A stretch of 64,000 nt of DNA, taken from positions 15,066,001 to 15,130,000 of the forward strand of contig NC_043015.1 in the NCBI RefSeq assembly GCF_006345805.1, read 5' to 3'. The position numbers were made by a program, and so were the translations under genes. Of the stretch, positions 14,797-28,536 are shown piece after piece (position 1 is the first letter of the stretch; each line of letters opens with the position of its first letter). Under the pieces are notes generated by a model. It was not told the DNA's origin. It saw nothing but the letters and a program-made list of their open reading frames with translations, and ran no database searches. The DNA is from Octopus sinensis (taxonomy: Eukaryota).

Positions 14797-14940
14797 AGAT
14801 CTAGCATACCAACTTGCCACATCATTAAGAGCTCAGACAACGTAAAAGTGCTGAGGTGTCAGCTCACTGTGTGGGATGAATGCACCTTGGCACACAAAGG
14901 AGCTCTTGAAGCTTTAGATTGAACACTAAAAGACATTAAT
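14797..14940 (+). mobile_element. Helitron PIF1-like helicase fragment
   Basis: PTCHIIKSS...VLRCQLTVWDECTLAHKGALEALD*TLKDIN (Walker B WDE region), with one stop. Confidence 0.75.
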
Positions 14941-15058
14941 GTTAGTATTAGTAAATGGATTCTTATTTAACAGACTAATATTAATAGCGTTCAGTTCACC
15001 ACTATACATATCCATCATATTCTGTTAAAATGTCTCATTGACGAGTTTTATTTCTTCA

Positions 15059-15143
15059 TTTCCCTGAAGAGTAGATTACATTGTTTTACACCATTTTATT
15101 CCTTTGGAATAATACCAGTGATATCTTTGAAACGTGTCGGAAG
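15059..15143 (+). ncRNA. Hammerhead ribozyme motif with long stem II
   Basis: ttcc-CTGAAGA-(58-nt irregular stem including tattcc/ggaata hairpin)-GAAA-cgtg-TC|ggaa. Stem III ACGTGT looks like a CpG-decayed ACGCGT palindrome. Confidence 0.58.
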
Positions 15144-15866
15144 TAAAAGAATTTGAATAACACCTGTGTTTAACTCCATTTATTTATTTATACATAGACT
15201 GCTTATCCTGTCTCTCTCATAAGCTGTCTCCTTAAGTATTCAGAATAATTTTTCCATCGTCTTCGCTTAACAGCTCTCATCGTTTGTTTTTACTGTGTTA
15301 TTCTCTTTGTTCTGTCTTTTACTGTTTTTACTTTTTTATTGTTTTTACTGTTTTGTTCTTACTGTCCTGTTCTTGTTACCACTTTCACCCTCCGCAAAAA
15401 ACCCAAATTTTATTTAATTTGCTTTGCGGGAAGGACCGTTTCAACGAAGTCGCGTCTTGTCCTTACCTTCGAAATGCAGAGTAGATAAAACAGGGACAAC
15501 TGAAGAAGGGAAATATTCCTTGTGTCGTATGTCATGTACTCTGTTTTTTCGTTGTTTGAAAAAAAGCTCGTTTCCATGTTTTTGTTTTTGTGATTTTGTT
15601 TCTCATTGTGTTCAACGTTTTTTTTTTTTTTGATGTCCTGTACCCATAAATATTCATGTATATATACATATAGATGTAGGCATGTACATATACATATGTA
15701 TATATGCATATATTTGTATTTTATTTATATTATATATATATATTATATATATATATATATATATATTAATTGTTATCGCCATATTAATATGGCATTCTTA
15801 TAGATATAAGAATAATCGCTGCTGCTGGTTAGTAAGGAGAGACACAAATAAGAAGAAGAAAACAAA

Positions 15867-15911
15867 GGACCACTGATGCGGTCACAGGAGTGTGACGAAA
15901 GAACTCTGGCC
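15867..15911 (+). ncRNA. Degenerate hammerhead-like motif
   Basis: cca-CTGATGC-g-gtcac aggagt gtgac-GAAA-gaac-TC|tgg. 5-bp stem II and 3-bp stem I, but core A9 is changed to C. Confidence 0.4.
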
Positions 15912-16081
15912 GAAATAAGATTAAGATTAATGTAAAAAATAAATAACACTGAAGCAAATAACACCAATATATAGTGCGTGTGTTTTTATTGGCTAAACTG
16001 GCAATATGACCATTCCGAAATATAACAATATCTGTTTCTACACACGACTTCACATAAAAAATCTTGCACAACATATATATA

Positions 16082-16137
<56 letters not shown>

Positions 16138-16255
16138 GCACATGAACACACGCATAGTGCCTTTCTAAAAAGGGTTTTTTCTCAATCTTAAAACTTTGAG
16201 AAAAAAAATCTTCTCTCCAGATGTTATAACTATATCAAGGAATTTCCAAAACACT

Positions 16256-16306
<51 letters not shown>

Positions 16307-18270
16307 AAATAGAATGAAAAAACTCCAGAAGATTTGTATTATATGGTTAAAAAATATATTAAAATTGGTATGTTTAAAAAATGACATATACTTCAGAATC
16401 AATCCATTGATTGTTGGCTATAGTTACAAATAGCTGTAATGATATCAAATTTCATTTGATAATTAAAAAAGTTATTTACAATTGATACTGTTAATAATGA
16501 ATAACATATATTGACGTAACTATGCAGTTTATATTTTCAATCTTCTTGACATTTTCCAAAATAACCTTCCTTTAAGATGGCATTGATTTTTGAGAGAGAA
16601 CTGGCAACTAATTCTATCAGGTTAAATGTCTACATAGACACTCACTCTTAAGCTCATATGTGCAATGCTATTGGTGAAGTTGACAGAAATGCCGTTGAAG
16701 TTAACATTGAATATGGAATCTGTTAATCTGATGGTAGAATTCACCAATGAAGCAGTTTAAAATGAGGATGAGTTTATCAAATAAAGAAAAGTATCATGAC
16801 AGCAGTTAAAGAAATATTTTAGAGCTAAGAAACCATAATAGTGAAGTGAATTATTATATCCATGGTAAAAAGAAGGAAATGATGTGTAAAATGGTTTGAA
16901 GTGTAACTACAACATGTGAAGTTTGTAGGCAGATCTGGAAGCTGGCAGATGAGTTAGGAAAACTCAAGTGATTTTTTTTATTATTGAGAGGAGAGAAAGT
17001 GTTCATTATCAAGATTTTATATATGAGGAATTATGAAGTGAAGAAATACAGAAGGGAGCATATCAGTGAATGATGTCAGAGTTTGAGTTACATTTATAGA
17101 AGGAAGTTCTTTAATCAAACAACATGGGGTTAGTTCTATAATCTGGATTAGTGGTTTGAAGTAAATTTAAAATGAACTTTTCCTTAGATGAGAGAGCAAT
17201 TTATTAATATTTCAAGAAAATTTGATATTCATACTTAAAGATCTTGGTGATCTGGGTCGTTTAGAATAAATCATTATTCCCAGAAATATAACGAAACCTT
17301 GCAAAGGCCTGGCCAACTCGAGTTACATTGTGGGCCACTTTAATCACAAAAAGTTTTTTGAGGGTCACTTGTATACTGACAGAATTGAAAGCATTTTGCT
17401 TTCTCATGCTATTATTACAATAATGAATGAATGAGTGTTGATTCAACATGAAATATTATCATTGCAAAATCAATAGTATCTTTCTTTTTTACCTTTCATT
17501 ACAATCTTTAATTTTTAGTCTGCAGGCCACAGGCCTCAGGTTGGTCAGCCTTGGATTAGAACTAACAAGTTGTAGTCATTTTGACTTCTTAGCAAGGGTA
17601 ACTATGCAATTCATAAAGATTTTTCAGAGTATGTGAACTGAATAGGACAGAATTAATTATTTACATGATCAATTAATATTGTTGAATATGCAGTCAAGGT
17701 TAACAGAAGATCAATATGTACAAAGAGCTGATAGACATCATTTTCTATAGGTAAATATGGTGGTTAAATGCATTAAACTGCCGTGTGGATCAAGTGAGTC
17801 AAGGTAGCTATTCTGATAAGGGATACTGAGTATAGAACTGACTTAAATATCAGGAATTGAAATTCAGCAGAAAAAACAAAAGGCACTACACAGTCAGTCC
17901 TCCTTTGACATCATTTATAGGTTCTTGAGAAGTGGGATTTTAAATGAAATGAAGTAAAGTGAAACTAAATTTACCAGCGGCTCAATCATAAAAACAAGAA
18001 CTACATCCTTCTGATATACTTTTACAGTATTTTCATAGTCAACAAAAACATCAACAAACTTCTGAAAAAAGATTCATCATATTTCCGGTTATAAATATTG
18101 AAGAAATTATTAAATAATAAAAACCAATACAATTATTATTTACTTGGAGTAATAAGTCTCAAATTTGTGGTCATGCACTATTTTCCACAGATTTGGGTAA
18201 ATCCATAAAGTATCCACACATTATTAACTTGCTTTTAAACTCTCTTTGGGAGTCTTTTATATATTTATTA

Positions 18271-18305
<35 letters not shown>

Positions 18306-18439
18306 ATTATTATTATTATTATTATTTGGCGGGGGGGGGTGAAAATGGTCATAGCTTTATTTAAGTATTGGAAAACATCACACAAATTTTTAATCATTAA
18401 AATTCGTGAGGTTCTGCATCCTCTTTCAATCATCTTCAC

Positions 18440-19270
18440 TTATGGTGTTACTCAATCTTTATGAGGTCCTTATTAGATATTTCTTCACCATGAGATTTAA
18501 GTAACTCCACTACATCTTGATTTATTTCATTAAATTTAATCTGGTCTGCCATCTGTTGAGATGATTTCCTGATTAACATTTTGTATTGGTTCTTCATAAA
18601 CCAGAAAGTCTGCAATGCAGTAAAGATAGATCTTAACTATCCAACAAAAATCATTATGGTTGCTTCCACTTGTTGCTCTGCCATAGTCAGATGTTCAATA
18701 GCGTTCATGATACGATAACCATGCTAATGTCCCTTTACTGTTGGTTTAATTTCCCCATCAAAGAATTTAATCAATTGCTTGAAGGTGTGCTGTAAATACT
18801 AGGCACAATGGTCTGTATGTAGAATTAAGTTGGCTGTGTTTGGAGGCAGAAAAGTGACTTAAACATTATCTCTTAGATGGGTAACCTGGAGCACTGTTTG
18901 CAAGAAGCCAAGCTTTATTTTCAAGGCTCTTAGCCTGACAATATCCTTTGACAGCTGGGCAAAAGCACCAAAGTAAACCAGCCTCAGAACACTGTTCTGG
19001 TCACCCACTCGCTTTTTATTTTTATATTTAATTTTCGTATAACAGGAACATGTGAATTAGAGTCTCCTTACAGAGTTATGGTGTTGTAGAATGATAAAAA
19101 AACCAGTGTCTTCAACTTTAGATCTCCTAAGCATTACACTAAGTAGGAGAGTAATTTGGTTTTTGGTAGCCTTGAAATTGAATGCAGATTTTTTTTTTAT
19201 AGAAAACAAAGTAAGGAAGTAAATCTGCTTTTTAAAGCCGACTGATTCAATCTTATTTGATCTTTTCAGC
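18440..19270 (-). mobile_element. Tigger/pogo (DDE_1) transposase remnant
   Basis: Frameshifted peptides FKATKNQITLLL, WVTRTVF.GWF, KAWLLANSAPGYP, VTFLPPNT and DVVELLKSHGEEISNKDL. Confidence 0.75.
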
Positions 19271-20937
19271 AAAGTATATTCTACTCACTGACAAAACTAA
19301 GACTAATCAATATTTACAGGAATAAAGGTATAAAAATACTGTGATGCTCATTATGTTCAAATTTTAATTTTATTGGAGTTATCTCCTTTACTTGTTTTTA
19401 CATCTGAAGCATTCCTAGAGAAAATTTTGTCTGCAGGTTGCATGGATACACTCAGTTAGTCACAATTTTTCATTTCACTGTATTACAAATGTAGAACTAC
19501 ACTATATTTTTTATTTAGTATCCATAATGTTCCTCCCATGTATTTTCCCTTAGCAATATTGTTCATATTCATAATCAGGTGTCACTATATTCTTTCTGTT
19601 CTAAGTCTCGTGAAATGACAAGAATAGTCTTTACTGAGGAGGTCTAATAAAAGTGAAACATACCCAGCTGGCTAAAAAACTAGTTCCAGTATGTTGCATT
19701 TTAAAAACAATTTTCCCTAAGAGTTTCTGTTCATTCATTGCATGGATAATTCAAATGTAATTTCAATTTATCAAAAATTCTCCTTGGTTTCCTACATAAC
19801 GTATGTTAATCCACACTTAACTATATGTTCTTCTTGCAATAGGTTTCCATGGGGGAACTTTCCAATGTCAATATCTTAACGCATAGTGAGCAATTTTTAA
19901 TCAAAATCTCTATCTTCTGAAACTTCTTCAATGGTTTGGTAGTCATGATTAAGATTATACTTTAGTGAAAAAGGCTGATAAACGGAAACAAGTGAAAGTT
20001 GTCACTGTGACTACTAAAGATTAGATTCACTCACCACTGAAAATATCCATTTAATTTTTTGTCAATATAAGTCTAAAATTTTATGTTCTTTGTCCCTCAT
20101 GACAAGAACTACCATTAATGCCATAATTTTATCTTTGTGGTTGAAATTTTGAAATTATATGAAATTCATTACTTCCCACTTGATTATTAAGTTATTCTCT
20201 CACACTAGTGTAAGTAGATCTACTGTTGGCCTTTTGCAGATCAATCCTTCAGTATCGATTTATTTTCACATGAATAATAAAAAGAATCAATCTTACAAAA
20301 AAAAACAAAACATACCCCTCAAAAGAGACTAGCTCTAACAGCTTTAGAAAAAAAAAGCTACAAATGGTTTGATTTTAACTGTAAACCACTGAAACTTGCT
20401 TTAATTAAACAGTATTGTCACAGCATTTTAAATGAAACTTAAATACATCAGGATGTACTGTGCCAGCAAGTGCTAAATGATTTAGTGACAAATACAACAC
20501 ACTGCCAGTGTCAAGGAAGTATATTTTTAAACTACTTACTATTAAATTGCTATTGAAAACAAATTGCCTGTCAACAAAATCTCATTAAACGAAAATTTCT
20601 AACTGAACATACCTAAAATAATTCAGTAACTAAACTTAATATTTTAGAATATTGAATAGTAATAATAACATTTTTAGTAAGATGAAAATTTGTTTGCTTG
20701 TTCGTTTTATGTTTGTTTTATCATGCAAGTGTATAGGTTAAGGGCATCCGTTATTAAGACATTTATTTTATAGGTAGATGCCCTTCCTGATGTTAACCCT
20801 TACCCGTTTTTCAAGTAAGGGATCTCTTATTTCATACAACACTGAAGGCACAAAGTGAGCAGGAAATTGATTGGCAAGAGAAATGCCAACCAGAATCGTA
20901 TGTGAACATTGTGACCTTTGTATGAGTGACAGAAATA

Positions 20938-20974
<37 letters not shown>

Positions 20975-20984
20975 GACAGGCTTC

Positions 20985-21363
20985 TTTTCAGTTCTATCAA
21001 ATCCACTCACAAGGCTTTGATAAGGACTAAGGTTATAGTAGAAGACATTAGCCCAGGGTACTGTGCAGTGGAACTGAATCCAAAGTCACTTGGTAGGAAG
21101 TGAACTTCACCACACAGCCATATGCCATTTACACAAAATACATCTTTGACTTTTTCCTTGTTTCAGTCGTTTGAATGTGGCCATGCGGGGGCACTGCTAT
21201 GGAAAATTTTATACGACCAGTTTCTTTTAGTTTCTATCTACCAAATCCACTCACAAGGCTTTGGTCAGCCAAGACTACAGCCAAGGTGTCATACAGTGGG
21301 ACTGAACTCAGAATCATAAGGTTGAGAAGCAAGCTTCTTACCACACAGCTATGCCTGTGCCTA
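20985..21363 (-). mobile_element. Two 5'-half copies of the microsatellite-bearing SINE (20985-21125, 21228-21363)
   Basis: ttcagtttctatctaccaaatccactcacaaggctttggtc...ggactgaac...cttcttaccacacagc occurs twice. Confidence 0.75.
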
Positions 21364-22969
21364 TATGTAATATGTAATATTTTTTAAAGTTACATCTTTA
21401 CTGAAAGTTTGGCAGAATGAGAGATTGATAGAGTAATGAGCAAAATACCTCTTGGTATTTAGTTACATTCTTTTACGTTCTGAGATCAAATCTTACTGAC
21501 AGTGCTTTACCTTCCGTCTTTCCAAGGATTGATAAGATAAAGTATCAGTCATGTAGTAAATCTCTATAATCAACTAAATTTGAGGTCAGGTGATAATGTC
21601 AAAAATTGAATATTGCTGAAGTGAAAACATTCTCTATGACAATTAGTGCATGAAAGCTTCTTATAATTTTATAGAAAAGATTTTATAAAGTGTAAACTTA
21701 TTAATGTTAAACAGGCATTAAAGCAATGACTACTCTCCAATTTTTATAGAGCACAACACAGATAGTCTACAATCATTTTACTAATTTAACAACGATATGA
21801 AATAACCTTTTATTTCAGTAGAAGGAAAGCATTGTGACGGAAATATTCAATGTGTATTACAATATTATAGGTGATTGCCATCACACACAAAATGTGGTCT
21901 TTATTTTTAAGATTATGGGGAAGTTATTTTAAGACAGTGAAATGGCAGAGTCAGAATAGAATGCTTAGTGGTTTTTGTTCTGACTTCCTGCAGTCTGAGT
22001 TCAAATCTTGCTAAGGTCAACTTTACTTTCTATTCTTTCAAAGTCAGTTCAATATATCAGTCCAGGATAATGGATTAGCAGAATTGTAAGAGTATTGGAA
22101 GAGATACCTTGTGGTATCTGTGCTGAGTTTCAAATTCCACCCCATCTCTGCAAAAGTTGATACTTTTATTAGGAGTTGTGACTAACTGATGGTTTAACTA
22201 ATGTGAAAAACCAATGGATACATAGTTTACTTGGTTTAATCAGAAAATCATCTTTGAGGGAGATTTGGTTATTGCATTTAGCAATTTATATGACTACACA
22301 AAAGCTCTCACATTTTTATCTAATCTGATATATTGGTTTCAAATTGTGGCACAAGGCCAGCAATTTGTGGGAAGGGGTTAAGTCAATTACATTGATCCCA
22401 ATGCTCAGCTGGTACTTTTATTTTATGAACCCTGAAAGGATGGAAAAGTTGACCTCAGTCGAATTTGAACTCAGAATGTAGCAACGAATGAAATGCCATT
22501 AAGCAGTTTGCCCAATGTATGCTAACGATTCTGCCAGCTTTGCGCCTTAAATCTAAAATATTGATTTGTATTTTCTATAAAAACAACACTTTCTAATTGT
22601 TTAGTCTAAAAAGAAAGTAGGGCCTTGCCTGTAGCCTTTGAGGGTGTTCCCAACCGTATAGCTGATGTTTCGCTTGGACTTACTGCAGGTTAATCTTGGT
22701 AGGTGGGGTATGTGAATACCATCATAATCATTTAACATCTACTTCTCCATGCTTGCATGAGTCAGATGGAATATGCTGAGGCAGATTTTGTACAGCCAGA
22801 TGCCAACCTGCACCTATTTCCTAGCAAAGTAAAAGTTTCCCCATGGCTGAACTTTACACACAGGAAAATTGAAATGAACATCTCTTGTATGATGGTGATG
22901 CCCTTTTACAACCAGCACATGATGTCAACACATGAATGAATGACACTTATTCACTTATGACGATGAGTG

Positions 22970-23262
22970 TTCCAGTCAACCAGATCAACAGAACAGCCTG
23001 CTCATGAAATTAGCATGCAAGTGACTGAAAATTCCACAGACACATGTACCTTTAATGTAGTTCTCAGGAAGATTCAGTGTGACACAGAGTGTGACAAGTC
23101 TGGCCCTTTGAAATACAGGTACTACCCATTTTTGCCAGCTGAGTGAACTGGAGCAATGTAAAATAAAATGTCTTGCTCAAGAATACAACACATCAATGGG
23201 AATCAAACTCGAGATCTTACGGCCGAGTCAAATACATTTAACCACTAAGCCATGTGCCTTCA
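22970..23262 (-). mobile_element. Third SINE-like family (gagtgaactggagcaatg...cttgctcaagaacacaac...cactaagccatgtgccttca). Other copies near 660-815, 13560-13735, 24330-24537, 24985-25190
   Basis: Recurrent shared motifs in at least five places. Confidence 0.7.
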
Positions 23263-23424
23263 CTGTCAAGACAAGGGTAGACACAAAGACACGTACATGC
23301 ACATATGGTTTCTGTCCTTTGCAACAGAAATACAAATATGGTTTATGCTGCTTAGATTGTTTGTGGATGATGACTGAGTGTAAAAGCTTATTGAGAAATG
23401 AACAGTAATAATATATTTACAGCA

Positions 23425-23640
23425 GTAAGGCAGTGAGGTGACAGAATCATTATTATGCTGGGTGAAAGGCTTAATGGCATTTCATCCGTGTTTACATTGT
23501 GAGTTTAAATGTCACTGGAGCTGACTTTGCCTTTCATCATTTCAGGGTGAATAAAATAAGTACCAGCTGAGGACTGGGATCAATGTAATCGACTTACCCC
23601 ATCCCCCAGACTTTCTGGCCTTGTGCCAGAATTTGAAACT
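23425..23640 (+). mobile_element. Second tRNA-derived SINE family (gtaaggc...gagttcaaat...gactttgcctttcatcc...tttgaaacc). Other copies at 5835-6155(+), 21945-22040(+), 22335-22548(-), 48530-48730(-), 57225-57410(+), 57455-57665(-)
   Basis: A/B-box-like head, with conserved ctttgcctttcatc and ttggcacaaggccagcaa motifs repeated across the window. Confidence 0.8.
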
Positions 23641-23789
23641 AATATATTTGTAGCATTATGTTAACGGTCATAACACAATCATTTATACTGGGACTCATGT
23701 CGAAAATTTTTGGTGAATTGGATTAAGGCAGTGCTCCAGCATGGACCCAGCCCTACGACTTAAACCATTAAAAGAATATCACTATTTTC

Positions 23790-24125
23790 AATCTTTCATG
23801 TGCAAGTATAGCTGTGTAGTTAAGAAGCTTGCTTTGCAACTATGTAGTTTCAGATTCAATCCTACTGCACAGCACCTTGGACAAGTGTCCCAGGCTGACA
23901 AAATGCCTTGTAAGTGAATTTGGTAGATGGAAACTGTGTAAGTCTGTTGTATATGTATGTGTGTGTGTTTGCTTCTATTCACCTCTGGACAACCAATGTT
24001 GGTTTGTTTACTTCCCTGTAGCATAACAGTTCAGCAAAAGTGACCAACAGAAAAGTATCAAACTTAAAGAAAAGAAAAATATATACAGGAGTCAATTTGT
24101 TTGATAACACCTTTCAAGGTGCAGC
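23790..24125 (+). mobile_element. Diverged copy of the microsatellite-bearing SINE
   Basis: gctgtgtagttaagaagcttgc...gcaccttggacaagtgtc...aatttggtagatggaaactg. Confidence 0.7.
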
Positions 24126-26880
24126 ACAATGATAAGCAAAAGATAAGATATTCTCTGTGTGTCCACAGGAATACCAGATCCCTAATCTCTTTATTGTTTG
24201 AATGATTTGAGAAATAAAGACCTCTTTAGGTCATGAATGACCAATGGATGGCAACTAGAAAGTTACTCTCTGAGGCACAAGTCTGTGCAAAGTTGTTTAT
24301 GGAAGACCAGCAGTCACCCATGCATACCAGCCTCCCCTCTCCATGTCACCAATGTTATCCAAGGGAAACGCAAAGGTCGATACAGCTTGACACCAGTGAC
24401 ATCTCACAGCTGAGTGATCTGGAGTAATGTGACAAAGTGTTTTGCTGAAGAACACAACACAGCCAGGTCTGGGAATCAAACTCACTACCTCATAATTGTG
24501 AGCTTGACACTCTAACCACTGAGCCATGTGCCTTCACAATATGAAAAATAATGGGCAGATTTTATACACATACAAAACAATGATAAAAGGAGTAAGTAAT
24601 AACAAATAAGCAACCCAAAAATGTAGAGCTGGAAGAATATAAATGACTGTTACAAAAACAACTTATCTATAAAAACAATTCTGCTACTTACATCATCTTC
24701 TGGTATCATGCCAGTTATGGCTACTTATGATATATGTCTCTTATAAATTAATTACAAGATTATAATTGAAGATTTCTTTATCGTGGCAGAAGTTTAAACG
24801 ATTTGAAAGTTATCAATCACTGAATCAAATTGAACAGAACAGGATAACAAGGCCACAAATTTCATATTCCCACAAACACTCTTCAATGAAAGAAGAGTTT
24901 GAAATTATGGATGAGATTCAAGTAATTCCAGACAACTGTCAATCTCAACCTTAATTTTAACAGAAAAAGCTTTTGTTCTTTCATATTGGCTTTAACATAG
25001 TAGGCCCAGTCCACTCAGCTGATAAAAATGAGTTTTTCCTGTATTTCAAAGGGCCAGCCTTGTCACGTTCTGTGTCCTGCTGAATCTCCATGAGATTCGG
25101 TGTGTCTGTGGAATGCTCAGCCACTTGCAGGTGAATTTCATGAGCAGGCTGTTCAGTAGATCGAACCAATTGGAGCCCTGGTTGTCATAACATAGTAGAC
25201 ATATACAAGATGGTACAAACTTTAATAATGCTTTAAAATGAAGCAGCCAATGACAAACAGCAGAAAAATCTCCTTCAAACTATATCCTATTATCTTAAAA
25301 GGATGAATATACAGAATATACAGCATGGTTGGAATGCTCATAAAACTATGAAGAATAATTAAAGAAATTAGTAGAGAAAAGAGTTAGATCAGAGAATCAT
25401 TGTTTAAGGGTGTTAATAGGGATCTTGCCCCTCAGATTGAAATATCGTCTAGTACTGAAGAGGTTGGGGAAGAATTTTCATTTGGGGATTGTGTGCATGT
25501 CACCAAATAAGATCACAAAGAGCAGTTTGGGATAGAATTTTTCTGTTTATGTGTGGAATTGGAAGGAAAGGTGATGATTTCAGTCATATGCTTCAGTTTT
25601 GAAAAGGTCAGAGGTAAAGTAGATTTGCTACCAAAAATAATTGGATTAATAGACCTCTAATCAGTTAAGTTGATGAGAAGTCAACAGATAGTTCGAGAGG
25701 CTGAGGATGTTGTGTAGTTGTTGTTTATCCCTAGGCTGGCTCCGATGAAACTGCCAATATACATGGCAAAAAGATAACACACACACACACATGCACAAAA
25801 CACACACCCACAAAATATTCTTCTTCACAGATTCCATCTACCAAATCTATCAAATTGTGGTTGATATATCTGACTAAAACACTTGAAGATGGTACCCCAG
25901 CATGACTTTATTTAATCACAACCATCTAGTCTTTTATAATACATTTTAATGTGTCCTTCATTTTAAAAACAATAAGGTTTAATTTGAAGGGAATTTGGGT
26001 GTTATTTCTAGCGAGTTACAAAACAGCTTGAAAGTGGATTGCATTCACTAGGTAATGAACTAATAATCTTACAGGGTCAAAGGGTTTAATGGCAGAGTAA
26101 GGGAGAAGAAAGATGAGTTAATAAGCTAGATCACAGAAAGAATAGGGGAGGATATGTTTCAACATATATCCATCAACAGTGTTGATATAGAAGGAATGAC
26201 AAAAACAGATGTTAGCTTTGGATTCAAGGAGCAGAAATATTTCAGATGGGGATGAATAGAAATAAAACCCTTCAATTCAGGAGAAAAAATAGATAAATAA
26301 ATAAGATGGTGAGAGTAGCCGCCCTATTTTTACTACAACTGCCACTGTGACAACTGTCTTAAAAGCCAGTGCCAATCAAAAGTGGATAACTTGTCTACCA
26401 TCAGCAGACTGATAATGATTGAGAGCACAGATATAGCTGAGTGGTTATGTTTGCTACATGACCATGTGGTCTCAAACTGAATCCTATTATGTGTAATCAT
26501 GTGGGGGAACTGTCTTGTACCATTCCTTACAGTTGATGAATGGTAAATTAAATTTGGTAGATGGGGAATTATTTATAGAATATGTGATTATATGTACATG
26601 GCTAACACTTAGTGGCAAAAAAGAATTGTGCTAAATGAGAATGATGATGAGTATGCATATTTCAATGGCTAAGGGGTCAGGTACTTCAACCATCACCACT
26701 CCTTGCTACACATTGCAGTCATGTGTTTCACCTGTACACTTCACTAGGGTCCTCCCAGTCATCTTGATGTAATTGTTTCATTTACGTCTTTGTTACTCAT
26801 AAGCCTGTTTTTCATCCATTCAGCCCGAGAATATGGGCCCAGAGGTTCTGAGCCAAATATAGCAATTTTTACTGTCTGAC

Positions 26881-27506
26881 TTCAGAGAAATTGTATATAG
26901 TTAGGTTCCATTTGGATGACAACAAATGAATGAGGAACTTTAAGGAGTTTATACCTGCACAGAGGTATAGAGTTAACAATGTGGACAGAAACTGTACAAG
27001 CTGTGTTGTATGATGTAACCCTAGACAAGACTGAAACATTATATATCACAAAGACATAAATATTCTATTTCCTTATATATTGCAATTTGTAAACAATTGT
27101 CTTGGTTAGAGGTTTCCAATAAATCAATAACTCAATACTTTTCTAATGGTGACAGTGACAAAGGAAGTTTGTAACTTAATGCAGAACAAATATCTTAAAG
27201 GACATTATTTACAAAGCATCATTTTCTTCTTCATTGATAGACAGAAAAGATAATACACCTACATTGTAATGTCCAGTTTTTCCTACTTGCATGAGTTGGA
27301 GGGAGTTTACTGAGGGCAGATTATCTACAATCAGATGCCCTTGCTGTCACCAACACTCACCTGCTTCCCAGCAAGGAAATATTTCCTCATGGCCAGACAA
27401 TTTTCCAGAATATTGGAAACTAGCTTAAGGTGACCTGCTCTATGCACAGGTAAGAGTGTGGTTGTTACTTTCTGTTGCTTCCTTTCTGCTTCTATCACCA
27501 CATTCT
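26881..27506 (+). repeat. 626-bp non-tandem direct duplicate of 27998-28623
   Basis: Constant offset of 1117 nt and near-identity; I saw one substitution (atgAgttgga vs atgGgttgga). Confidence 0.92.
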
Positions 27507-28536
27507 ACAAGTTTTTTCTTCTCATCCCATTTCTTCTAGGATCCGGCCATCCATTCAACTAATCTGCAGCACTCCCTTGTAGCATATCATCTCAAACACT
27601 AAGTCACTTAGTGTCTGCTGGCTTTAGAGCCTATCCTTCATCCATACAATGCTACAAGATAAATCAAAACTTCTAGAAGCTTGAAAATTCTATCACAGTT
27701 GCTTTCTCTTTAACTCAATTGACTTTGTCTTTTGTACTCTTCTAAGGTTGATAAAATGAGTACCAGGTGAAGCAGACTAAAACCCTTGAAAGTGGTGCTC
27801 CTGCATAATCAAAGTACATAGGTGAAAACCAGTAAAAACAATAAAAGGGATTGATGATATGATTCAATAGTGCATTGTTCATCACAAGTAGGAATATGAT
27901 TTGCATGTCTTCTCTATAATTATAGTGACTAAGATTCATTCAACAACTCCAACACAATATCATTATACTCCAATTCAAGGTGTTTTCAAGATCCCAGTTC
28001 AGAGAAATTGTATATAGTTAGGTTCCATTTGGATGACAACAAATGAATGAGGAACTTTAAGGAGTTTATACCTGCACAGAGGTATAGAGTTAACAATGTG
28101 GACAGAAACTGTACAAGCTGTGTTGTATGATGTAACCCTAGACAAGACTGAAACATTATATATCACAAAGACATAAATATTCTATTTCCTTATATATTGC
28201 AATTTGTAAACAATTGTCTTGGTTAGAGGTTTCCAATAAATCAATAACTCAATACTTTTCTAATGGTGACAGTGACAAAGGAAGTTTGTAACTTAATGCA
28301 GAACAAATATCTTAAAGGACATTATTTACAAAGCATCATTTTCTTCTTCATTGATAGACAGAAAAGATAATACACCTACATTGTAATGTCCAGTTTTTCC
28401 TACTTGCATGGGTTGGAGGGAGTTTACTGAGGGCAGATTATCTACAATCAGATGCCCTTGCTGTCACCAACACTCACCTGCTTCCCAGCAAGGAAATATT
28501 TCCTCATGGCCAGACAATTTTCCAGAATATTGGAAA

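Noticed and set aside
16640-17420. Coding-like degraded stretch (also 5400-5700, 50500-51000, 61930-62360)
   Set aside because: Many stops and no motif I can assign confidently; probably ancient TE relics.
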